The translations under genes and the position numbers were made by a program. A stretch of DNA of 64,000 nucleotides, taken from Ancylonema sp. (Eukaryota). Below, piece after piece: positions 1-12,790 of this stretch. The DNA lies in the NCBI GenBank assembly GCA_050230475.1, contig JBFLGF010000010.1, positions 1 through 64,000 on the forward strand, written 5' to 3'. Within the stretch, counting starts at the first letter, position 1; every line of letters begins with the position of its first letter. Under the pieces are notes generated by a model that saw only the letters and a program-made list of their open reading frames with translations, was not told where the DNA came from and ran no database searches.

Positions 1-1104
1 CTTATAGATAGGGACGCCGGCCTCGGGCCTGCGCCCCGCCTAAGTATTATTAATACTTGGCGCAAGGTTGCGCTAATTAATACTTGTTCAATATCAGATA
101 ATACCGCCCCCGCATGGAGACGGAACCTATCTAATATTCGACGGGTCCTTCGATGGGTCAAAGTCTATGTCCGTTTGTACGGAATCAACCGTACGTGACG
201 CAAAGCCAAGCACAAATACGAGCTCGATTGCAAAGTAAAATAGGAAGCAATAAAGGTGGCAGAAGCACGTGAGGAGGAAAACGCCAAATGGACAACAAAA
301 CATGATATGGAGGTGGATACACTCAACTCCACCTGAATAGGCAAGGTGCATGTCCTAGTAACAACACACGAGGAGAGGATGCTAGAGGTTCGACTGGAAC
401 CTGCACGTCTGGAGAAGCGGTTGCAGTTGGAGATCGGCAAAAATGTCATAAGCGGCGAGAAGGAGGCTTCTATCCCCATTTCTTCCCTTACAAGCTCGCA
501 ACCATCAAACTACCTTAGTACTGCACCATCCCTTGTCACGAGCTTCCCAGTACCAACGGCAGGTGATCGGATGGACTCCTCTGCTTCTTTGTTGGCCGCC
601 TTGTAGAATAGTTTGAAATGTTTTCCTCTCATCGATTATGTGGTGAAATCGAGTAAGTAATTCCTCTTCACTGAGCTCGTGCAGCTTATCACGCTCGATA
701 GTTTGGAAGGGTATTTTGGCGAGGTCTGAATGCACACGATTGGTTGAAGGAAGCTGAGTGTCAGATGCAACAAGAGTGTGATTTTTAGAGGTGGGTGCGG
801 GTTGGTTATCATAATTTGGAATGGTTGATGTGTCTAAGTCCATGGAAGTATGTGCAACATTGGCTTGTGCTGTGACTCCGGCATCAAGTAAGGGCAGCTG
901 AAGCCCAGTGCTATGTTTCAGGAGTGGTGTAGTTAGGTATAAGTACTTGGCTTGTTCCAATACTACAGTAATGTATTTACGTTCAATTGTATCCTCAATG
1001 TCAGCTAGAAGCTTTGTACGAATCAGAGCCTGGTATGGGGTGTCACTCCCAAATTGCAGTTCACCAATGTTTTTGGTTGTGAGCTCAAGCTGAGGTTCGA
1101 CACG

Positions 1105-1895
1105 AGTGGAGCCAGGTGTGGGAGGGTAGTTGTCCTCATAAGCACCTGGTATGACTTTGACTCGTGGTAGTGTAGGCAAGAGTGCCTCCTCAGGTTGAGA
1201 GCTGAATTGAGTGGAACGTCGTGGACTGACTCTTGCGGTTCACTATCTTTGGCAGATTGGTCTGCGTTGGCCTTTTTCTCCTTCTGTTGGAGAGTTGCAG
1301 CACGATCCTCAAGTGTGAGGGTCAGAGATGGTGAAGCAATGTCTCTCATGTACACTTCCAGTCTATTGGACTGATGACGCACAGTGAGTGCTAAAGATAC
1401 TAAATAAAGTCCGCCTCTTTCCCAATTTGCCTTGTAAAAAAGAGTAGATGTTGCCAAGGGTTTGAGTCGCCACCAATAGGACCAAGAATTTCATTTTCCA
1501 GTGGAGCTAGGTGTAGGGGGATAGTTATCCTCATAATCACCTGCTACCACTTTGACCGGTGGTAAGGTAGGCAAGACGGCCTCCTCAGGTTGGGAGCCAA
1601 ATTGAATGGAACGGCGTGGGCTGACACGTGCAGATTCACTATCTCTGACAGATTGGTTTGCTTTGGCCTTCTTCTCCTTTTGTTGGAGAGCTACAGCACG
1701 ATCTCCAGGTGTGAGGGTCAGAGATGGTGAAGCACTGTCTTTCGTATACACTTCCACTTTGTTGGATTGATGTCGGACTGTGAGTGGTAAAGATGCTAGG
1801 AATGAACTACCTCTATCCCAATCTGCCTTATAAAAGAATAGGTGTTGCCAAAGGTCATAGTATCCATCAATTGGTCCAAGAATTTCATTGCCCAG
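1105..1895. repeat. Diverged direct tandem duplication of about 395 bp (1105-1500 vs 1501-1895)
   Basis: Both units begin (a)gtggagc-aggtgt-gg and end gg-ccaagaatttcatt-ccag. Both encode ...FYKA-W-RG...LASL-LTVRHQSN...YEDNYPPTP on the minus strand. Confidence 0.9.
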
Positions 1896-2279
1896 TAAGA
1901 CGTCAAATTCTCTGGATGGAGACATGTGGAGTTCCATATATATGATGGTTGGATTGGGTGTGCCTCTGCCAATGGTAATCGGAAATTTTTCCTTGGTTGA
2001 ACCGAGACTTATTTCTTGAGCACCAGATGCGGTGATGTATGGTGTTCCAGGTTTCAACATGTTTGGTGTGATTCCAAGTTTGGATGCTATGATTCTGCCA
2101 ATCATGGTTTTGATGGCACCACTGTCTACTACCACCTTGTTTGGTTTCTCATTCATGATTGTGAACACCCCACGGTTGTTGCGAAGGAGTGCAATACCAT
2201 ATTTGGTGTCCTGAGAGTTGCGTGGTGAGGAAGTGGTGAAATCCTGACTGGTGGTGTATTGGGCTGCAGGTTCTTGCAT
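1491..2279 (-). pseudogene. Retroviral-type aspartic protease region
   Basis: VVVDSGAIKTMIG catalytic motif and downstream D-VLLG-E motif. Confidence 0.75.
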
Positions 2280-3279
2280 GGAGCTGACAAGTGCAGCCGC
2301 GTTGTCTTATGCCTTTTTTGCGATGTGTGCGATCTGCAGTTGTGCACGCAAAACATTGACATGGTCATGAAGCATGTCATGAAGAGCTTGTGCGTGAAGT
2401 AAAGGCATGGGTGGAGGAGCAACAGTATCATGGAACTAATTCATGTTGGTCGTGCCAACTTCCAAAATGTTAGGGAAATCAAGGAAAAATGAGTCTGGCA
2501 TCTTTGTACCGTATCCCTCTTTGCGACCATAATCCTCCCCCTCTCTTGTTCGTTGTTCTAGTATTTGGATGAGGCTCCTAGTATGGTGTTAGGGGCGGAT
2601 GCAAAGACGTCCCTAGCAAGCTAGTTGCAATGTGCACACAAGCAAGAAGATGGCGAAATGCCGGATAGGACCAGATGGCGTGAGCCGGAGTGAATGGTTG
2701 TGGTGTAATAATAACTCAAGAATGAGTGCAAGTACATGAGTTGATAGGAATGCTCTAGAGGCATTCCTATCGGCTAGATATAGGAAAGTCGGCCTTAGCC
2801 GACTCTAGGAACGATGTGTGGGATAACTAACTCAAAGTCATATGGAGTGGTCGAACTACTTGGTTCAGGATCATATTGATAATGAACTGGTAAAGTTTTT
2901 GGCAAGGGTGGTACTTGCGTTGCAGTCACAGATGTATCAACAGGTGGAGTGTGATAATCTGTGGTGGATTCAGATGGTGAGACTGCATCAGAGCTTAGAG
3001 TGACCACATGAACATGAAATTGAGTATGTTTTTGAATAGCCGTTTGTTTCTTCTTCTCTTTTGCAGCCACCCGTGGTGAACGTCTCGTGGACATTAGTTA
3101 TTGACATGGAATGGTATGGTCAATCACCTTAGAGTCCGTTGTCTAGTGCGACATGTTTTCGAATTCGCATTGGCGTGCCAAGTCGTTTACTTGCATAGCC
3201 AGGTAACTTGTCTGCGTCTCAGGAGTCTTCCACCCGATTTGTTTGGGTTGAGTATCTGCACTGGGTGGTGTACTGAGAG

Positions 3280-4389
3280 TTAGTAAGTTCTCTGCTTTGG
3301 CAAGTTTCTGACATTGGTCTCGGGTGTGGTGTTTCCCTTTGCAGTATTCACATAATGCATCAGCGGTGTACTGTTTTGTACAAACTGGCGAGGTCGTGGT
3401 TTGAAAGATTGTATGTTTTTAGTACCGTACGCACCTCCCTTAAACTGTGATCTTGCGGGGATATTGGTTTTGGAATTTTTATCAGACTGGTAACCTGATG
3501 ACTGGAAGTTGTTTTGTTTCCTTGGTGCAGGACAGTCACGCGAAAGGTGTCCGGTCTGATGACAGTTGTAGCATTCCATGTTGTTATCCTGTCGTGGTAT
3601 CAATACGCCTGTTGGTTTAGGAGCATTGTATGGAGTAGATGGAGTATATGAAGGTAGTTTAGGAGATCTAGTGATCCCAGCTGCGCGGTTCTCAGCGTCT
3701 TGTTTCATACGTAGTAATTCAGCCTTGTTGGCTTTCTCCATAATCTCCTTCCGTGTAATAGGAGGATCCGATGGATTCTTGTAGTAGCTTTCCTCTGATT
3801 CACGGAAATGCCAGTCGTCGATATAGGGTTGTAGTGGTAGAGGAATATGTGGTAGATACCTCCTAGCCAATTGTTCTTTTGTCATGGCTCCTGCCTCTTG
3901 AACAATTGTTGTTGGTTCGTTAAAACGTGCAAATTTTGTTGCAACGCTGTCATTGGTTCGTGCTGAAAATATTTCGATCTGAGTGACAAATTTTGCAGCT
4001 GAAGTTCGAAAACGATTTTTGATGGTAGTGATGAACATTTCCAGTTATGTTGGTTCTGCTCCCGATACTGTGGGTTTGATCGGTGCATGCTGTCTATCCA
4101 GTCTACCTTGCAGACGATAATATGCGACATTGGAATTATGTTCACGGTACATATCTCGAATATATTCCGTAGTACTAGTACCACGGTTGTCACGTACAAA
4201 CTGTTGCCATTCTCGATGAGCTTCTCCTTTCATATACTGACCTGCTGCAAGTACTGAGTCCCATTGTACATGCCCCATACGCTGTGCGCGTTGTTGAGTT
4301 CGGTCTAACTGTCTCAAACTATCGATGAACTCGTCTTGTTTGAACACCAGTTTTTCCAGTGTATGTCGGTAGTGGCGTTGGGTGGCCAT
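3280..4389 (-). pseudogene. gag: Gag-like protein with CCHC zinc knuckle, interrupted by an in-frame TAA at 4045-4047
   Basis: ORFs 4045-4389 and 3280-4038 are in the same frame and separated by one stop; C-X2-C-X4-H-X4-C motif present. Confidence 0.75.
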
Positions 4390-4805
4390 TGTAGAGTTTG
4401 TCCCACCTTTTATCTTGTGTCGATAAATGGATGTTGTTGAAGTAAATTAGTGCTTTAATCAAGGGAAATGCCGAGTTGTGGCGATAGTAATAATTGTAGA
4501 ATTAGCGTGGACCGGAGATGTGACTATAATGTGTATGTGTGTCTATGATGTGAGTCGATACAATATGCATGAGGATGTGAATCGACAATTATGTAGGTTG
4601 CACTTAGGCGCAATGGGCGCGGAAGCGAGTACTATTGAGTTTGTACCGGTTTACTTTAGTACCGGACTAAGTTGCACTAGATTTGCGTAGTTGAGTGTGC
4701 ACCAATGGGGTGAATATGAATAGTCGCATTATTGTGTTCATGGGAAATGACGTTAGCGAGTAGACTTTAGTCAACCTACGCGGTAAAACCGATTTGTCCT
4801 CGGCT

Positions 4806-5298
4806 TGTGAGGCAAATAATTCAATATATACTCTACGGAGTCATGACAAATAATTCATACCATCATCGCTTTTGTTTCCAGTGGGATTCTAGTCTATTAG
4901 TGTCTTGCCATTTGTCACGGACAGTTTGGATTTGTATGTAATTCACGAGAAGTCGGAGAGCCGGCGAATTTAAGACCTGTACGGCAGGCAAGGGATTGGC
5001 CCACTATGGCTGATCCTTCTTCAAGTGGTATCAGAGCGTCGGGCGACGAATACCTGAAACCGCGTCTGCGGTTGACAGGTGACAACATACACGTGTGGTT
5101 GGCAATCATGGAGCCCATGTTTCGCGATAAGAAGGTGTGGGCCCACATCAAGGGAACGGCCGCCGTTCCGGGTCCACCGTTGACCGTCGCTGCTGGAGTC
5201 GTTTTAGTAGCCGGAGTTGGCGCCCCGGGCGCAGCAAGCTACGTCGCTCCCGTCACTGGACTTGCGGTCACGCAGGCCATGATGGACGCGAGAAACGT
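4806..5298 (+). mobile_element. 5' fragment of a Ty1/copia element: LTR end, primer-binding site and gag N-terminus, truncated by the next element
   Basis: ...TTCA (5023) ag TGGTATCAGAGC (5026-5037). ORF 5006-5305 reads RLTGDNIHVW...M...DKKVWAHIKG, like copia gag N-termini. The left boundary is approximate. Confidence 0.75.
5026..5037 (+). promoter_or_regulatory. Primer-binding site complementary to the 3' end of initiator tRNA-Met
   Basis: TGGTATCAGAGC, 2 nt after a CA LTR end. Confidence 0.85.
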
Positions 5299-6260
5299 TG
5301 TTTAAGATTTTGAGTGATTAGACGTGCAGGAGATTTGGTGGGCGACAAAACGAACCGTACGCAACAGGATCTCCATCACTGATGATCAACGAGACCGGAG
5401 TTGCGTGTGTGGAACGAATTAATTATTGTGATCGCATCGGGGATGGTAATACCCGATGCGTTTTACATGTCGTTTGTGTGCCGACGGTCGGTACAATTGA
5501 CCGTCGGCCTATCGCTGAGTGACAACTCATCTACGTGTCAACGGCACATGCCGGACACTCCTGACATGACCTAGATCAAACCAATCAAGACACGTCAAAA
5601 GCAAATAACGACTCTAAAGTGTCGACAACAGATCAGGTGCCCGGACACAATCGTGCCCGGCCCCGCATTATAAGCACATCTAGGAATATTGCTCCCGGTT
5701 AGAGTAACCCGGTTTACAAGTGGACTAGCAAGCATAAGGTATGGCTATCCAAATATTCCTACACACCCCCTCGGATGCCATGCTAAAGTTGGCATAGATG
5801 GTTGACATCCAAGGGACTACCCTAGTTATGGCTAAATCATGGCAGAACCATTGCATAGCCTATAAAGTAGTGTGGTCTTCCTAGCATACAAGCGTGCTAG
5901 GGGCCTATCTACAAACGCAGCCGATCGGAAGTTTCTGCCGATCGCTCCCGCACCTTAGTCGTTTTTCGGGCCAAATCTCTGAACAAACAAAAAAATACCA
6001 CTAAGTTAGGCGAATAACAAAAACTTAAGAAAAATATTTTTGAATTTATTAACTTTTTCAACTTTACAAACTTATTCAACATTTTATACTTTCCAGTCAG
6101 GAAATTTCAAAACTGCATAACTTCAAAACTACCACACCTATCAGCACCAAATTTTGACAAGAGTTTTGCAACATTAATAAAAATATAAATTCTGAAATTC
6201 AGCACAAACGGACAACTTTAAACTTGAGCAGATCTGCACTTTCTGATCTGTCCTTAAGTG
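5299..6260 (-). mobile_element. 3' end (3' LTR about 5299-5763, polypurine tract, 3' UTR) of a diverged minus-strand member of the copia family at 12993-19668
   Basis: 5301-5763 is the reverse complement of the 12993-13447 LTR. caccccctc (5764-5772) matches the GAGGGGGTG tract. 5773-6260 resembles the reverse complement of about 18640-19210. Confidence 0.9.
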
Positions 6261-6454
6261 TGAGTGTGAGTGTGAGGAGGATGTGGGTGGAGGCCACCCG
6301 GATGTTAGGTTGGGAGGGGTGAGGGGGGGGGAGCAATGAGGGGGGAATTGTAGACTAGGGGGAGATAAGTTTTGTGAAAGCAATGATTTACATTTGGAGT
6401 TGCAGTCGTGAGTGACATGGTTGGCAAAGAAAGGGACATGGGAAGTGAGTTTAT

Positions 6455-6545
6455 GTTCACTAGGTTGACTAGGTTCACTAGGTTCACTAGGTTCACTAGG
6501 TTCACTAGGTTCACTAGGTTCACTAGGTTCATTAGGTTCACTAGG
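6455..6545. repeat. 9-bp tandem repeat (GTTCACTAG) x about 10
   Basis: Read directly; explains the LVN and RFT repeats in the ORF track. Confidence 0.95.
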
Positions 6546-8532
6546 CTGTCCGGAGACTTGTTCGCCACGACACTTTTGAAATCACCAAAGGCGACAAGCG
6601 TAGGGTGTGGGATGACAAGTCAATGGGAAGCGCACTCTCTCGCATTTGAGTGGAAGAAAATGTGATTCATCCATTGATTATTTTTTCCATGGTAGAAGAG
6701 GTTTTAGTCGCAGAGAGCAATCGCCCCTCATGAATTATGACATGGGGTTATGGACAGACCTCATGATTGGCACCCCTCATGATTGCTCTCTTGTACATTG
6801 CTTGGAGTGGCACCGCAAGTTGGGCTCGGGTTAACCACGTGTCAAGAAACACGAAATGGTTTTAACAAGGCTTGCGCAACGGTGTCGTACACTCAGAGTG
6901 GTCTCAAAAAGGCACGGGGGGCTTAAGGTTTCATGGTCGGAAACGTAGTTTTCGTTTCTTTGACATTCATGCGCATGAAGGTCCGTTCGGGCGATTTCTC
7001 GATCTCCATTTAGTGGTTGTAGGGCGCCCACGTCTGCCATGGCTAGAGAGGAGATATACACTTAACCCGTAACCGTGAGGAAGGAATCCGGAATTAATCC
7101 GGCAACCAAAGTCCGGGTTAAAAAATCGGACAACTCGGGAGACCCTAGTACCCGGAAATACCGTGAAAACCCCGCGGCAGGTTTGATTTTTCCAGGTTAT
7201 TTTGGGTCATTCCGGGTTTTTCTGAGTAGGTTAAGGTAGGTCAGGATAGGTTCACCCGGGATTGATTCTTTATCTTTGGGCATCCGATCTCCAAATTTAT
7301 GATTTGAGTTGAAGTGTTGTCCAGCATGGCGATAGGCCCAAAAACAAAACTCGTTATGAACGGCGTGAACCCTCTCCCCTATGATAGGGGCTTCTTCCGG
7401 CCCTCACACCGGCACAAACCCAGTGCGACTTCCATTTTTGCCCGAGGGCATGACCGCTCCTTCAAGCAGGCCTACAAACCTCCCTCACCGCACAGGTCCT
7501 CCAACGAAACTCGAAACCGCGGCAAGGGGCATACCTCGCAAAGTAGATTGGGGATGGAGAAAACGATCTCTCCCAAAAAAAATCTCGGATGCTTTGGACA
7601 AACCTTCGCACGAAGCAACTAAGTCGTACAGAACCCTCATAATAATCAGTCCATAATTTAGTTCAATAGTCGTCCCTACCTTGTTGAGATAACGTTGTGA
7701 AGATACATATTCATATGAGGTTTTATGTGGTAAGTGATTCGCCAATCTTGTGGTTTTGCTTCATGTTACTAGCAACTTGTGGACCAATCAGGGAGTTTGT
7801 GCACATTTATCGGTCTCCTCTCCAATCTTGAATGGACCTCAAGTGAAAAAATGGCATGCATTCAAACTATCAAGCGTCTAAAATGGGATTACATTGATGA
7901 CATGGCAAATAGCCGCATCACAACAAACAAGATCACGAGTTGCATATCAAGCATCGCACAAGCATCATACAAGCTTCACCCAAGCATCATCTAACATTTG
8001 AAGAAAATCACAAATGTAACAATATTCATTGTGTATCGGTTTTTTTTTTTTCGATAGAGAATCAAGATGAGCGAAAAGATGAGCGATTTCATTAGAAATG
8101 TCTCGCTCAATGTCATCTAAAATTGCACTATTCTAGGACTCCTTAAGGCCGATGGATGCCTTTAGTGCATTTCTGGTGTAGACGGTTGCATTTCCCATTT
8201 GATAGAAATAAAATCTGGATCATAATTGTGAGTAGTTTTTTGTTAGGTTGCTTCGGAAAATATATAAATTTCATTTTAGTCTTATTTTATTTGTAGAATG
8301 GTTGCGACGTGAACTTGTCATGTCATGTGTTCCGAAGGACATGGCGGTGACATTGATAATTATTACCAAAGTGAATGATGCACACAACAAAAAATCAATT
8401 CTCTTCATCATTTATGATGGTAGTGTGATGTATGCTTGTCAACAATGTGAACATAGTGGATGATATTGTAAAATGGCACGAAATTATGAATGAAAGGTGG
8501 TCTCATACAAGCATGATCCTTGTATGTATCAC

Positions 8533-8819
8533 CCGTACTGGCCACACATAATGACCCTCAAATAAGTATGAAAAGGGTAGGTGGGGGGTTCATTTTAGAA
8601 GGTTTTTTTTTTTTTTTTTTTTTTTTAAAGTGGGTCATTCTATAATGTGGGTCACCAGATAATAAATGTATATATAATAATACATGATAATATATGTATA
8701 AATGTATTTCAGGATTTTGGGAAATTTTATATTGGGTGCGCGGGTTGTGTCAAGTGGTGGTTTCTTAGCTAAATTAATTCGGTCTAAAAAACCAACGTCA
8801 TTATGTATGGCCACTACGG
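8533..8819. mobile_element. MITE, Tc1/mariner-type; second copy inverted at 49585-49823
   Basis: TIRs CCGTACTGGCCACACATAATGAC / GTCATTATGTATGGCCACTACGG. The interior matches the reverse complement of the 49585-49823 copy. Confidence 0.85.
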
Positions 8820-9940
8820 TCTGTGGAAAAAATATTTCAGCACCGAACAAATATTGCATGAACAGTTACATCACCAACGATCTTTACATCAAACGATCGC
8901 ATTTCACTAATAACAACGATCATAGTCAAATAACATCTTTCATACGACAACAACACGCATTCTCTTTATGACAAGAGTACCGTACCAGCCAACTTTAATA
9001 CCCCAATAATAAAAAAATTGTGGTTGGGGAGGGGCAACGAAGATCATTCAATGTTTTCGATTTCAGGGTATTAAGTAGGTTCGGTAATTCAATATTTTGG
9101 TTTTTTTTTGTGGCGGATGAAAGACACTGAGTTTGAACCAGAGAGCTGATGGTATCCAGAGGCCACAAGGACCAACTTGTGGGGAAACCCGATGGTCTGG
9201 AAAATGTATGAGGTTTACACGTGAACGTCAATCTCATATAACACATTGAGTGCCTAGTTCATTGCACGGGACATCAACTCCCTCTTATAGTTGATTATCC
9301 TCCTTCACCTCCTTCGTACTTCATGCCTCTAGTTTAAGCTTCAAGGTCGCATTCGTACTCCCTTCATGATGCCATCTTTGTGGTACAAATTGATCATTGA
9401 CGAGACCAGGTACGGGATTCAGGTGGAACGGTGGTCTTGTCTCTAATGTAGGAAGACCACAAAGGTTTCATGGGCCAGATTTACAATAAATGTCCACTTT
9501 ATCATCAAACCAAAATCATTAGTAATCCAAACGGGTGCCTTTTTTCTTCTTCCTTTCATCTTACTTTGTTTCTTGTCAACTTTCAATGACATGATTTGGA
9601 AGGAAAACATTATCCCTCCTCACGGCTCTCAATCCTCACATTGAGCGGTGTCATCCTTCCTATGAACGACCGTAGCCGCCGAAGATATTGGACCGAGGGC
9701 TAAAGAAGTTAATAGCTACTTACTTGGTCGAGTTTAATTTGAGAGGATTGATATTGTTTTGCAATCCTTCAGTGCATCATGTTTTTGTCGTCTTCTCGTT
9801 CTACATAAACAATGTGCAAACACAGTTATCATCAAAATCCTAGGAACATCACCTAAAATGTACAAGACTTTTGAACAAGCCTACACCGAATCCGTGCATG
9901 GTCGAACAACCCAACACAAGCCCCTTGCGCTTGTCCCGCA

Positions 9941-10104
9941 AATAAAGTACAACACTAATCTAATGAAGTACAACACTAATCTAATAAAGTACAACACTAA
10001 TCTAATAAAGTACAACACTAATCTAATAAAGTACAACACTAATCTAATAAAGTACAACACTAATCTAATAAATTACAACACTAATCTAATAAAGTACAAC
10101 ACTA
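9941..10104. repeat. 21-bp minisatellite (AATAAAGTACAACACTAATCT) x about 7.8
   Basis: Near-perfect tandem units with no spacers. Confidence 0.95.
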
Positions 10105-10771
10105 TCCTGATAAGTTGGCGGTCACCATCCCTTCCCCCGGAGACATCTCAATTATATTTGTATCATTGTGGCTAGGCACAAGGTTGTATTTTACACTAAC
10201 TGTCTCTCTTGAGGTCACTCCCACCACTTGCACGGTAGATAAGGATAAATCGAGACACACCAAGCGCGGCATAACCAACGACAATTTCCCCACTTCGGTC
10301 CCTACTACGGTCAAGTCTCGAACCACTCATTCACACCATTACACCACTGTACCTTGAAAGCCGATTACGCATGTCGCTTACGGTGCCATCAGTCGGTAAC
10401 TGGTAGTGAGTGAGGAGGTGAGTCAGAACTGTAATGATTTATCGGGTAATGCTACAACCCATGTCCTCTTTTTGTAAGGTAGACAATTCACCTTTAATCT
10501 ATATCCGCAAAGGAAACACAAGAAAGGAGAAAAGAGGTCTTGGTTGAGCTGAAAAACTACAACCAAAACTTATACGTCTCAAACACTAGCTTGTCTTGTT
10601 CTTCTACTTCTAAAAACGCCAACTTCCTTCTTCTCACTTATTCTCAACGTGAGAAGAAGGAAGTTAGTGTTCCGAGAATAAGGAACATGCAATTTTTCGG
10701 TTTTGAAGGTTCAAAGTGTTGCTTAAAAAAAACACCAAAACAACACCTGAGCCATATCAGATTGCACTCAC

Positions 10772-11328
10772 CGGGACGAGTCGCTCGTGCTAGCGTTTGA
10801 AGGGTTAGTGGTAGCCCGTTGGCTGGCGGCACTGGTCGCGGCCAGATCAAGGGCTGCTGCGGATGCATCGATCCAGTCCTTGATCTTGCATCCGATAAGT
10901 CGAGGCTGCATTGTCATGCAGCGGGGGGGAGAGGCGGTGTTATTTCACTATTTTCCCATCTCAAGGAACAAATGGAGATGGACTCACTTATGGTCGAACA
11001 TAGTTTCCAATTCTTGGAAGTTCTCCGTGTGCTCTGCCAGCGTCTCTGTGTGCTGGTCTAGCGTCTCCGTGTGCGAGTCTAGCGTGTGCTGCATGTTATC
11101 CTGTTTGGTATCTATTTGACCCAGTTTGGTGTGTATTTGACCAAGTGTGGTGTGTATTTGACCCCGTGTGGTAGTGATGGGCGCCAGCGCACTTTCCAGC
11201 GCCGCATCCAGCTACGCTTGAGAGATGCCAACCTGAGGCATGTTCGGGATTCGAGAGAGCTGGGTGGCTAGCTGGGTGGCTGCCTCTTGAATGGAGGCAT
11301 TCAATAACTGGAAGTTCGGCTGAGCCAT
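10772..11328 (-). pseudogene. Spliced Mug135-like coiled-coil protein gene with a premature TAG (exons 11328-10988 and 10905-10772; 3' end unresolved)
   Basis: Manual translation: MAQPNFQLLNASIQEAATQLATQLSRIPNMPQVGISQA*LDAALESALAP, then heptads GQIHTTL/GQIHTKL/LDSHTET/LDQHTET, a GT..AG intron, then NLDLSDARSRTGSMHPQQPLIWPRPVPPANGLPLTLQTLARATRP. Splice phases are compatible. The family call is from recalled similarity. Confidence 0.6.
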
Positions 11329-11660
11329 TTGCGTCGAAACGGAACACACACTTGTTGTACGACTACTCCGTGCCACCTAATATCAGATAGGTTTCGAGCA
11401 CTTACGTGGCGCCGAGTTGGTCTACGTGTTGCCTATGACTACAGATTCAGCACAAAAACGCCTACACAGACATCTGGCCCTGCCATAAATTCGCTCGCAT
11501 GAATTGCAGGCTGGCAAAGCCTACCTTTCTTATCCACTTCCGGTTCCTTGCTTCCTCGCACTGCGAACTCACAACCTTCTTTCTCCAATCAAGACAGATG
11601 TAGAAAGACGGTACCTTGGTTTCACTCACTTGCGATTTTTAGCTGGGAATTGTCCAGCTT

Positions 11661-12790
11661 TTATTTATGTTCAGAAACCACATGCTGTTGGTGACCGAGA
11701 TGGGGAACCGTCTCGCAAACCCTTACTCGCTTTTCGCCCCGGTCAAACTGTTGCTTCATCATGTTGTCTTGTAGTTGGTGGTGTTGCCTTAGAAGGCTTG
11801 CGTATGCTTGATCTGATTCCTCCTTGTTTTTTTGGAGGGTAGTGATGGTAGCTTGCAATTCTGCTGTTGTGGGATCCATGGATGAGTGTACAGGTTGATC
11901 TGGTTGGTGAGATAGTTGATCATCCTGATCCATCGCCAAAACTTGGTCGGGTGCGGGAGCAGTGGATTCTTGTGGTTGATCCCCTGTTTTCTCTACAGAC
12001 TCCTTATGTGTGGAATCTACAGTAGCTTCGCTGTGTGCAATCTCCATGCTTCTTGATGGTTGTTTGGGTAAGACCCGTGGTGAGGATCCTGAGAATTCTT
12101 CATGGATACTCTTCACTATCTCAAAGACTTGTTGGTAGAAACTACTGCGTACAATATTTATGTTTGCAATATCCAGCTGGGGTATGCGTAAGAGTGCTTT
12201 TGCCACATGGGTCCGCCAGAAGTAAATTTTGATGTACTCTGCCATGGTGTCTCGAATGCCTACCCAATACTTGTCGTCTGGTGGTGGTGTCTCATCCACT
12301 CCTTTGCGGAATTCACGTGCAGGTCGGCGACGAGCATTTTTTTCGGGTGGTGTATTGGGGAAGTCATTGACCCGGTCAATTTCTTTGGTGATCTACAGGT
12401 GAGGTAGAGTGACCTCCAAGTTATCTGGATCCGTGTTGGTGATTGGTTGAGTACCAAATTGGATGCTGCGGTTGACTGCTACTGCGGCAGAGGTTGTGTC
12501 AGCATTGGTAGCGGCCTTGCGGTGTGCTTCTTTAAGTTTGGTTGCTGCAGCCCTATCCTCTGGGGTGAGGAAGAGTGTGGGAGTAGCAGCATCTGCCATA
12601 TAGACTTCCAGTTTGTGAGAAGTTTGTCTGACTGTGAGTGGTAGAGAGGCTAAACATAGTCCCCCTTTTTCCCAATCTGCTCTATAGAAGAACAGACGTT
12701 GCCATGGATCTGAGTATCCTCCTATTGGTCCCACAAATTCGTTCCCGAGCAGTATGTCAAATTCCCGTGATGGTGACAAATGCCATTCCC
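11661..12790 (-). mobile_element. Second fragment of the gag-protease retroelement family seen at 505-4389
   Basis: HLSPSREFDILLGNEFVGPIGGYSDPWQRLFFYRADWEKGGLCLASLPLTVRQ closely resembles ORF 1491-2279. It is followed by the low-complexity ORF 11661-12299. Confidence 0.8.

Larger units (their letters stand above)
505..4389 (-). mobile_element. Degenerate retroelement fragment with gag (CCHC) and aspartic protease, Ty3/gypsy-like; no RT or integrase seen
   Basis: Co-oriented minus-strand ORFs: 4045-4389 and 3280-4038 (gag-like, zinc knuckle CYNCHQTGHLSRDC), 1491-2279 (retropepsin motifs VVVDSGA and FDVLLGNE), then 505-1179. Stops and frameshifts lie between them. The superfamily call is tentative without RT. 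Confidence 0.7.

Noticed and set aside
6305..6665. ORFs with LVN or RFT repeats
   Set aside because: By-products of a stop-free 9-bp tandem repeat; no other coding evidence.
9941..10104. CRISPR-like array or KYNTNLI-repeat protein
   Set aside because: Contiguous 21-bp units with no spacers in a eukaryotic context; a plain minisatellite.
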